A DNA stretch of 64,000 nucleotides from an uncultured bacterium (GTDB lineage Bacteria > Krumholzibacteriota > Krumholzibacteriia > JACNKJ01): positions 838 to 64,837 of the forward strand of contig CAYTPZ010000007.1 in the NCBI GenBank assembly GCA_964440095.1, in the 5' to 3' direction. The notes under the pieces are model-generated. The model ran no database searches, was not told the DNA's origin, and saw only the letters and a program-made list of their open reading frames with translations. This document shows positions 1-7,917 of the stretch, one piece after another. The translations under genes were made by a program, and so were the position numbers. The stretch's first letter is position 1. Every line of letters begins with the position of its first letter.

Positions 1-2079
1 GCCACCGACTTGGAGCACTACTATTCCGACACCTACAAGCTGCAGTTCAGCGGTCCCATGCCCGGCAGCGGCAGTTGGCTCCCCGGCGAGTGGCTGAGCT
101 ACTTCGTGAACTTTTCCAGCGAGATCCTCAACACGCGCTACCCCAGCATACGCACTCTGCCCCTGGGTCCGGAGAATCTCAACGTCAACTATAAGGACAG
201 CTTCCTGGGTATTCCCATTCAATGGGGGAACAGCCTGGCGCCGCGTCAGAACAATACCTGGAACCTCATGGCCAAGCTGAGTTGGAAAATCAATGCCAAC
301 CACAAGCTGCGCCTGTCCTTCATGAAGTTCCTGGGATTCGACCAGGGCTTCGAGCGCCACGACATCAGCGACATCACGCGCCAGAGCAATCGCTACCCCT
401 ACAATTGGTCGCATTTTCTGTCGCACTACAGCGCCTTCGTGGAAGATCAGAACGTCACCACGATGCACTATCGCCACACCTTGAGCAGCAGTGCATTCTA
501 CGAAATTCAGGCCGCGCGCTACTTCACCCGGCTGCACCAGGACAGTCAGGGTGTCAATCGCGACGACCTGAAAGACCTGCTCGCCGATTATGTGCCCCCC
601 GAATACACCTGGGCCGATGCGGCGCACGGTGAGGAATGGGAGTTCCATCCCTTCTTTAGGCTCAACGGCGACAACAACATCTATCGGGATCGATTCGTGG
701 AGCGCTACTCGCTGAAGAGCAGCCTCACGAAGAAGTGGTACCCGCATCACAGCGCCAAGGCTGGGTTCGAAGTCGGGTATGAGACGGTGCAGAACATCGA
801 TATTCAGGATCCATGGATCAGCCGCGCCGACGGCCTGGGGCGCAAGGACATCTTCCGCGCCTTCCCGACCACCGGCTATTTCTTCGCCCAGGATGATATT
901 GAGTATCAGGGCTTCGTGGCCAACCTCGGTCTTCGCATGGACTACTGGTTCCCTGGACAACTGGCCACCGATGCGGCCCAAAGCGCCCTTGATGGAACAG
1001 CCGGCGACCTTTTCACCGAGGAAGTCGGGCAGCAGTACTTCGACAACACCCACGAGCTTTTCGGCAATCGCTACAAGTACACGGTGAGTCCGCGTATCGC
1101 GATCAGCTATCCGATCAGTGACCGCGACAAGCTGCGCTTCAACTATGGTCACTTCAGCCAGTGGCCCACCTACTACTATGTCTACGCGCATGTGGCCAGC
1201 GGTGTGGAAGATCTCTTCGGGAACCTGGGCAACATCAACCTGGATCCGCAGATCACCATTCAGTACGAGCTGGGCGCCAGCCACACCTTCACCGAAAACG
1301 TGGCGGGCGATCTGACGGTGTTCGTGAAGGACATCTTCAATTATCCGACCAGCGATCGTTTCACCGTGCAGTACTTCGACCCCGAAGGCGGCAGTAAGGA
1401 AGCGACCTACTTCCTCTACAGAAACGCCGACTATAGTCGCAGCCGCGGCGTTGAGTTCAGTCTTCGCAAACGGCGCGGCCGCTATGCTTCCGGAAGCCTC
1501 AGCTACACCTACTCTATCGCCACGGGAAAGAGCAGCGATCCCGACGCCCTTCGCGAGCTTTACATCGGTGGCGCCACGGGCGAGGTGGAAGTGCAGGAAG
1601 GCTTCCTCTGGTGGAACAAGCCTCACCGGCTCACGGCCACCTTCGACTACCGCGCCCGCGATCCCCAGGGGCCCACCGTCCTGGGAATCCCCACGCCCGG
1701 TCATTGGGGATTCAATCTGTACTACATGCTCTCCAGCGGACGGGCCTATACGCCCAACGATATTCTGGGTGTGCCCATCGGCGAAGATTACTCGCGCAAT
1801 GGTCCCGTCGAGCAGAATCTGAATCTGAAAGTTCAGAAGTGGATCATGTGGGGGGATACCCGCATCGACATAACCCTTCAGGGCTGGAATGTTTTCAATT
1901 GGGATCGACCCAAGAGCGTTGACCCGGTTACTGGTGAGCCTTACAAGGACGGCGTGGGATCCTACTCGGTTGAGTTCACCGATCCCGACGCGCGGCTTTC
2001 ACGTTATCTTTCCCTGCTCGATCCCTCGCGCAACGGCAACCCCCGTCGCTTCAAGCTGAGTGTGGGGGTGAATTTCTAA
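1..2079 (+). CDS. TonB-dependent receptor, C-terminal barrel portion (5' end lies outside the window)
   Basis: Frame is open from base 1. Typical TBDR barrel motifs: VSPRIAISYPISD, GNINLDPQITIQYELG, NADYSRSRGVEFSL, SLSYTYSIATG. Ends in the beta-signal FKLSVGVNF. Confidence 0.85.
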   Translation, partial: ATDLEHYYSDTYKLQFSGPMPGSGSWLPGEWLSYFVNFSSEILNTRYPSIRTLPLGPENLNVNYKDSFLGIPIQWGNSLAPRQNNTWNLMAKLSWKINANHKLRLSFMKFLGFDQGFERHDISDITRQSNRYPYNWSHFLSHYSAFVEDQNVTTMHYRHTLSSSAFYEIQAARYFTRLHQDSQGVNRDDLKDLLADYVPPEYTWADAAHGEEWEFHPFFRLNGDNNIYRDRFVERYSLKSSLTKKWYPHHSAKAGFEVGYETVQNIDIQDPWISRADGLGRKDIFRAFPTTGYFFAQDDIEYQGFVANLGLRMDYWFPGQLATDAAQSALDGTAGDLFTEEVGQQYFDNTHELFGNRYKYTVSPRIAISYPISDRDKLRFNYGHFSQWPTYYYVYAHVASGVEDLFGNLGNINLDPQITIQYELGASHTFTENVAGDLTVFVKDIFNYPTSDRFTVQYFDPEGGSKEATYFLYRNADYSRSRGVEFSLRKRRGRYASGSLSYTYSIATGKSSDPDALRELYIGGATGEVEVQEGFLWWNKPHRLTATFDYRARDPQGPTVLGIPTPGHWGFNLYYMLSSGRAYTPNDILGVPIGEDYSRNGPVEQNLNLKVQKWIMWGDTRIDITLQGWNVFNWDRPKSVDPVTGEPYKDGVGSYSVEFTDPDARLSRYLSLLDPSRNGNPRRFKLSVGVNF

Positions 2080-3074
2080 TGCGCCTACGCAATGCGATTC
2101 TCCTTGGCCTGGCTCTCTTAGTTCTCGCCGCACCGGCCATGGCGCGCATGGAACTGGGAGCCCTTCGCGTGGCCACCAGCAGTGGAACCTTCCTGAAAAT
2201 CGGTGTCAGCCCGCGGGCCGAGGCCATGGGCGGCGCATGGGTGGCCATCGCCTCGGACGCCACGGCGGCCTGGTACAATCCTGCGGGCATGGGCCTGCTT
2301 GCCAACCGGCAGTCCTCTGTGGGTTACGTTGCCTGGCCGGCGGACATTCAATATGTGAGCGCTGCGGTGGGTCTGCCCGGCGGATTCTTCGGCGGCACCT
2401 GGGGCCTGACCCTTGGCAACTTGTCCACGGTCATCGATGAAACCACCGAGTATGAACCCTACGGCACCGGCCGTGAATTCCTCTACTCCGATACGGTGGT
2501 GGGGCTTACTTTCGCGAAGTTCCTCACCCCTAGACTGATCCTCGGAATCAGCGGCAAGTACGTGCGCGAAGATTTGGGATCCTCCATCGATCTTCCTGTG
2601 GTTCAGACATGGCTGGTGGATGCGGGCACGCTCTATCACATTGAATGGCGCAACACCCGCATCGGCATGTCCATCCAGAATTTCGGTCCCGAGTTCAAGC
2701 CGCCGGGTAAGTACTGGAACTACAGCGAAGAGAAGTATCAGGAGTACGAGGGTTTCCCTCCGCCTTCCTCCTTCCGACTGGGGATAGCTTGGGAGGCTTT
2801 CAAGGCCTGGCCCTGGCTGCTGACTCATAGCTTCGAGTTGAATCATCCCGCGGATAATCGCGAGACCATTCACACCGGCGTGGAACTGGCCTATATGGGC
2901 GGAATCTTCGCCCTTCGCGGCGGCTACGTATTCATGGCCGACGGGATGAAACTCTCGACCGGATTCGGGACGGCCTTCATGATGGGCTCCGCCATGGCCG
3001 GCCTGGACTATTCCTTCACCGACGGCGGCGATCTGGGAGCCATCCATCGCTGGGGACTGAGGGTGGATTTCTGA
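2079..3074 (+). CDS. PorV/UPF0164-family outer-membrane beta-barrel (FadL-like superfamily)
   Basis: Signal peptide followed by the hallmark FLKIGVSPRAEAMGGAWVAIASDATAAWYNPAG. Ends LRVDF. TAATG overlap with the TBDR stop. Confidence 0.85.
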   Translation: MRLRNAILLGLALLVLAAPAMARMELGALRVATSSGTFLKIGVSPRAEAMGGAWVAIASDATAAWYNPAGMGLLANRQSSVGYVAWPADIQYVSAAVGLPGGFFGGTWGLTLGNLSTVIDETTEYEPYGTGREFLYSDTVVGLTFAKFLTPRLILGISGKYVREDLGSSIDLPVVQTWLVDAGTLYHIEWRNTRIGMSIQNFGPEFKPPGKYWNYSEEKYQEYEGFPPPSSFRLGIAWEAFKAWPWLLTHSFELNHPADNRETIHTGVELAYMGGIFALRGGYVFMADGMKLSTGFGTAFMMGSAMAGLDYSFTDGGDLGAIHRWGLRVDF

Positions 3075-4024
3075 TGCGAGCACTGAAGACCATCCTGCTT
3101 TTTGCCTTTATTACCGCGGCGGCCGGCTGCGGGATCAAACCCGAGCTGCCCGACCAGACGCCCTTCACCGGCGGCATCAGCGAGGGTGACTACTCGCTGG
3201 AGTATCGCTGGACCGTCCTCGGTGTCACCGACATGGTGGTGGGGCGCGACTCGGGTATCTTCTATGTGATCCAGGACGCCGACAGCCTGGGTATCTATCC
3301 GGCCTATCGCCGTGCGGACGCGGTGTTGGAAGGCCGGCAGCTCTTCCCCGATCTCGTGGAGCCGACCGTGCTTTGCGAGGGGCGTGACTTCGATCGGCGA
3401 ATCTGGGCATACGACCAGGCCGATGGCAAAGTGAAGGGCTTCGACGGGAACGAATTCCTGAGCGAACTCAGCGTCATCATGGAGATCTACGATCCGGGTT
3501 GGCAGGATGTTGTGGCCATCGCGGCCGACGATGATCGCCGCATTTTTGTGGCCGATCGCGGACCCAATCGGATCTATCGTTACAGAATCGAGGGCGACGC
3601 CGGCGACTTCGAGGTCTTGGCCGATGGCGAAATCAGCTGGACCAGTCAGGGCGGCGGCGCCACCGTGCGTGACCTGGCCTTCGCAGACGGCTTCCTGCTC
3701 CTGCTCGACGACGTGTTGCTCACCTTGCAGGTGCTCGATCCGGAAACGGGATCTCAGGACCCCGCGGTCTTCACCTATCTCGACGGATTCTTGGCCCAGC
3801 CCGTCCACATCACGGGCGATGGCGAGGCTATCTTCGTTTCCGATCTCGCCGACAAGGCCATCTGGGCCATCGACTGGGATCTGAACATGGATCTCGCCCT
3901 GCGCGTCAACGCAGCTGAGGATGATCCGGCGCTGACCGATCCCGTTGCGATCACCGTCAACGAGGGTAAGCTCTACGTGGCTGACCCCGAGCTTGGAAAG
4001 ATCTTGGACTATGAGAAGCGGTAG
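3074..4024 (+). CDS. Lipoprotein with NHL/6-bladed beta-propeller-like repeats
   Basis: Lipobox AAAG-C and repeated blade motifs (AIAADDDRRIFVADRGPNRIYRY, IFVSDLADKAIW, KLYVADPELGKI). TGATG coupling to the upstream gene. Confidence 0.7.
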   Translation: MRALKTILLFAFITAAAGCGIKPELPDQTPFTGGISEGDYSLEYRWTVLGVTDMVVGRDSGIFYVIQDADSLGIYPAYRRADAVLEGRQLFPDLVEPTVLCEGRDFDRRIWAYDQADGKVKGFDGNEFLSELSVIMEIYDPGWQDVVAIAADDDRRIFVADRGPNRIYRYRIEGDAGDFEVLADGEISWTSQGGGATVRDLAFADGFLLLLDDVLLTLQVLDPETGSQDPAVFTYLDGFLAQPVHITGDGEAIFVSDLADKAIWAIDWDLNMDLALRVNAAEDDPALTDPVAITVNEGKLYVADPELGKILDYEKR

Positions 4025-6239
4025 ACGGCTGCTGGCAATGCTGATCCTGCTCCTGGCCCTGCCCACCATGGCGGCCGAGGGGGATCACAATTCGCCCACG
4101 CCCCTGGCTTTGCCGCCCGCAGGTCCTTTCTGGGCGGACGATCGCGATAGTCTCATCGTGGATTACGTCTTCAAGGTGCAGGACATCGGCAATCTGGCCA
4201 TGAGCCTGACCAACCACGGTTTCCTGGGCGACAACTTCGCCGATCGCGAAGTGCCGTCCATGGTCTTCCCCAAGGGCTCCTCCGTCGATCACCTCATTCG
4301 CGCGGGAATTTGGGTGGGGGGCATCAACACCAACCTGGACCCCTTGGTGACCACCGGCGTGCAGGACGGCTACTACGGTTCCTACACGCGCCGCACCGAA
4401 TGGGAACCCGGTGCCATTCCTCAAACCGAGAGCAACATCGGTTGGATTCGCGGGCGAAGCACACTGCCTACGAGCCCCTATTACAATCCCGACGACGCCA
4501 TCAGCGAGCTGGACTTCATCACGGAAATGGTGGACACCCTGGATCACGCCGACGATGTGGATTGGGACGAAGACGATTTCCATACGGCCACCGGTTTCCT
4601 GATGACCCAGGAAAGCTTCGCCTGGAGCTTCGAGCCCGCCAACGACATGATCATCTTTCGCTACACTTTGACGCCCACCCGCCGCATCAGTCAGACCTAT
4701 TTCGGAATGTATGCCGAACTGACCACGGGCGACAAAGACGACTACGAAAACTGGCCGCCCTCGGGTTGGTTCCGCCGCCACCAGCTCAAGTGGGTGGACG
4801 CCATGCCCGAGTATGAGGGCGTCAGCGACGAGCCTTTGAATCTTTGCGCGGAACACCACTTCAGTTACTTGCCGGGTGAACATGCGGGCATCAAGTTCAT
4901 GGGCGCCAAGTTCTATCCGGGCGACGGCGGCGAAGTGATCACCGACGTGAACGTGGCCTGGCAGTGGTGGAACTGGGATCCGGGCTCCATCGCTTTGGAC
5001 CAGGACGTGGAGCGCTACGCGCTGCTCAGTGATCCGGGCATCGACGACTGGACCGAGATTCTTCCTTTGGAAGACAGTCCCATCATGTTGCTCAGCGGCG
5101 GTCCTTGGGAATTCAATCCGCCTTTGGAAGGGCAGGCGCCCGATCGCCTGGTGGTGACCTATGCATACCTTGGTGGCGACACCATGGATGATTTGGTGAA
5201 CAACGCCATCTATGCCCAGGAAGCCTACAACAAGGACTTCGCACTGCCCTCACCGCCGCACTCGCCCCAGACGACGGTCCGGCTCAACTCCGGAAAGGTC
5301 ACGCTGTTCTGGGAGGGCAGCCCCGAACTTTCCAGCGATTCCGAAAGCGGATTCGATTTCGAGGGTTACCGAATCTATCTGGGCCGCTCCGCTGAGGAAT
5401 CAGCCTTCGGTTTGATCAAGGACTACGATCTCACTGATGTTCCCGCGGCCAATGTGATGACCGGCGAGTTTTCCATCCGGCAGGACTGGCTCGATTCACT
5501 CGTGACGGCTTGGAATGTGGAAGACGAGCAGTCTGTACTCGATCTGCTCGATGAAACCTGGCCCGGCACGGACTATGTGTATCACGAAGGCGCGGATCCG
5601 CCCTTCCTGGTCACCCATGCCGACTCCGTGGGCTACAACACGGGCCTGTCCCAGGTGCGATTGGCGGAGGAAGACTATCTCACCGAATGGGTGAACGATT
5701 CCACGCAGGTCACCTACACCTACGCCTACACCTTCGATGAGCTTTCCGACGGACACGAATACTGGGCCGCGGTAACCAGCTATGACCAGGGCGCAGGCTC
5801 GGTGGCCAGCTTGGAGAGCGGCCGAAGCCAGAACGCGCGCTACGTGATTCCCGGTCCAGGACCCGAGTCCTGGGAAGCCGGACGTCCCGTAACCGTCTTC
5901 CCCAATCCCTATCGCGGCAGCGCGGTCTGGGACGGCAACCGCGCCATCGGTCGCTATATCTGGTTTGCCGGCCTACCCGCGCGGGCCACAATCAAGATCT
6001 ACACTTTGGCTGGCGATCTGGTTTACGATTTTGCTTTCGATCGCGACACCTATGTCGGCGAAAATGCCGCCGGCGTTTTCCCGGCCGACGGCCAGGCTCC
6101 TGTTCTTCCCGGAACCTTCGCGGCCTGGGATCTGCGCAGCAATAACGGACAGCCCGTCTCCACGGGCCTCTACATGTTTTCGGTGAAAGACCTGGACACA
6201 GGCGAGGCCCAGCAGGGCAAGTTCCTGGTGCTCAAGTGA
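4011..6239 (+). CDS. Large secreted protein with Fn3-like region and T9SS/FlgD-like C-terminal sorting domain
   Basis: Probable ATG at 4011 gives a signal peptide (LLAMLILLLALPTMAA). Contains FEGYRIYLGRS and YWAAVTSYD. C-terminus VFPNPY...IKIYTLAGDLV...WDLRSNNGQPVSTGLYMFSV...GKFLVLK. Confidence 0.75.
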   Translation: MRSGRRLLAMLILLLALPTMAAEGDHNSPTPLALPPAGPFWADDRDSLIVDYVFKVQDIGNLAMSLTNHGFLGDNFADREVPSMVFPKGSSVDHLIRAGIWVGGINTNLDPLVTTGVQDGYYGSYTRRTEWEPGAIPQTESNIGWIRGRSTLPTSPYYNPDDAISELDFITEMVDTLDHADDVDWDEDDFHTATGFLMTQESFAWSFEPANDMIIFRYTLTPTRRISQTYFGMYAELTTGDKDDYENWPPSGWFRRHQLKWVDAMPEYEGVSDEPLNLCAEHHFSYLPGEHAGIKFMGAKFYPGDGGEVITDVNVAWQWWNWDPGSIALDQDVERYALLSDPGIDDWTEILPLEDSPIMLLSGGPWEFNPPLEGQAPDRLVVTYAYLGGDTMDDLVNNAIYAQEAYNKDFALPSPPHSPQTTVRLNSGKVTLFWEGSPELSSDSESGFDFEGYRIYLGRSAEESAFGLIKDYDLTDVPAANVMTGEFSIRQDWLDSLVTAWNVEDEQSVLDLLDETWPGTDYVYHEGADPPFLVTHADSVGYNTGLSQVRLAEEDYLTEWVNDSTQVTYTYAYTFDELSDGHEYWAAVTSYDQGAGSVASLESGRSQNARYVIPGPGPESWEAGRPVTVFPNPYRGSAVWDGNRAIGRYIWFAGLPARATIKIYTLAGDLVYDFAFDRDTYVGENAAGVFPADGQAPVLPGTFAAWDLRSNNGQPVSTGLYMFSVKDLDTGEAQQGKFLVLK

Positions 6240-6246
6240 GGCTGAT

Positions 6247-7818
6247 ATGAAGAAAAGCACTCACATTTTATGGATCATCCTTCTGGCGGCGCTGCTGCTC
6301 GGCGCTTGCACAGAGGTCACCGAATTCACGGAAAATCTTCCGCCTCAGACTTCGCTTATGGTCGATAGCAGCGTCAATGTGGATCCCACACACTATCTGC
6401 AAGTTCTCCACTGGCATGGTGAAGATCAGGATGGAGAGGTGGCGCGCTACGAATACAAGTGGACTCTCGACCCGGCTGTGGCCGCCGGCGACTTCGACAC
6501 CACCTGGGTGGGGCGAGTGGAGCCATTCGTTACCTGGGAGAGCGACAGCTTCTTTCTGCCCGTGCCCGAGACCCAGGCGCTTCACGCTTTCCAGGTGCGT
6601 GCGGTGGATTGGGAAGGCTTGGCCGATCCCAGCCCTGCCTATGTCGAGCTACCTGTCTTCAACAGTCCGCCGAGTATCCTCTACCAACGGGGCGAGGAAC
6701 TCGACACGCTCATCACCCTGCCCGCGGAAATTCTGCCGGTCTACAGCCTGAAATTCAAAGTGGAAGATCCTGACGACGATGAAGGGCTTGGCGCTCTCAT
6801 CGAAGAGGTGCGTTTTTGGTTCGAGGACCCAGACGACTACATCAGCATTCCCGGGGCCGACACGCTTTTCACCCTCATGCCCGAGCACTTCGGCGAGGGT
6901 GTGGGAATCAATCGGGAATTCCATCTGCAGGCCGTGGATAGGGCGGGGGCCAAGAGCAATGTGCTTCGCGGCGAGGCCGTGGTGAAGGATATCAGCGAGG
7001 TCGAGCTGCTTATTCTGGACTCCTGCGATTCGGGAACCACCGCCGAGATTACCGCGGACAGCTACTGGAAAAACGACGTAGCGGGCCTATTTCCGCCTGA
7101 AAAAGTCTACGTACACGATTTTGATGAATTTGGGGGCCTTGGTCAGCCCGAGGTCCTTTACAATATCTTTTCCATTTTCAAAGCCGTGTTGTGGTATAAT
7201 GGTGACGCCGGATTCGCAAATGACGAGCTTTTTACAAGTATTCCCACTCCCGAGATTCAAGAGGCCGAGGAGGCGCTCTTGGCGTATCTGGAAGGGGGAG
7301 GCAAGGTTCTGATCACCGGGTGGAACCTGGTAGGAGCCAGCGTTCGCGATCAGGTGGAGCCGGGGCAGCCGCCAGGCCCCGAGAATTACAGTGGTGCCAG
7401 CTTCTCCGAGGATTTCGACGATGAGGTGCTTCTGCTCGATGAGTTCAGACATCACAGCGTCAGTACGGAGAATCACGAGTCCTCGAATTTCAGACTCTTC
7501 CCGGGTCGAGAAATCGTAGGATATCCTGAGATAGGCACGGAAACTTTGAGGAACATGACGGCGCTTACCGGCATCGACCTCATGCTTCCCAATGAGGATG
7601 CTCTAGGGGCCGGAACCCTGGAGAGTCTCTACAGCGTCAACGGCGCGGTGGATACTTATCCTCAGACCTTAGGCGACGGTGTCGTCGGACTCAGACGATA
7701 CTTCGACCAGGACGGAGAGATGGTGCTGCTCACCTTCCCTCTAAGCCTGGCTTTCGGATACGGCAACGCGCTGGGTGAGGCGGAAAGCTTCCTCCAGCAT
7801 TTCGAGCTTCTGCCCTGA
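6247..7818 (+). CDS. Lipoprotein with Fn3/Ig-like repeats and a C-terminal alpha/beta (GATase-like) domain
   Basis: Lipobox LLGA-C. Motifs WHGEDQDGEVARYEYKW, QVRAVDWEGLADPSPA, LQAVDRAGAKS, and VLWYNGD...LLAYLEGGGKVLITG. Confidence 0.65.
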   Translation: MKKSTHILWIILLAALLLGACTEVTEFTENLPPQTSLMVDSSVNVDPTHYLQVLHWHGEDQDGEVARYEYKWTLDPAVAAGDFDTTWVGRVEPFVTWESDSFFLPVPETQALHAFQVRAVDWEGLADPSPAYVELPVFNSPPSILYQRGEELDTLITLPAEILPVYSLKFKVEDPDDDEGLGALIEEVRFWFEDPDDYISIPGADTLFTLMPEHFGEGVGINREFHLQAVDRAGAKSNVLRGEAVVKDISEVELLILDSCDSGTTAEITADSYWKNDVAGLFPPEKVYVHDFDEFGGLGQPEVLYNIFSIFKAVLWYNGDAGFANDELFTSIPTPEIQEAEEALLAYLEGGGKVLITGWNLVGASVRDQVEPGQPPGPENYSGASFSEDFDDEVLLLDEFRHHSVSTENHESSNFRLFPGREIVGYPEIGTETLRNMTALTGIDLMLPNEDALGAGTLESLYSVNGAVDTYPQTLGDGVVGLRRYFDQDGEMVLLTFPLSLAFGYGNALGEAESFLQHFELLP

Positions 7819-7917
7819 CCCGGGGAAATGGGTCCCGATCCCGGGGTTAAGGGAAAGGGCTTTAGCCCAGCCATCGGGGTAACAACAGTAGAGAATTCAA
7901 CCTTTCGGGGGATACCG

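Noticed and set aside
3945-4010. N-terminal extensions in the ORF track (also rplM, rpsB, frr, cdsA, uvrD, gatA, crt, clpP)
   Set aside because: Downstream starts have better RBS placement and give normal N-termini or signal peptides, so the coordinates were trimmed.
2118-4883. Long minus-strand ORFs opposite the TBDR cassette (2118-3083, 3008-4069, 3957-4883)
   Set aside because: Antisense shadows. The plus-strand genes have signal peptides, family motifs and translational coupling.
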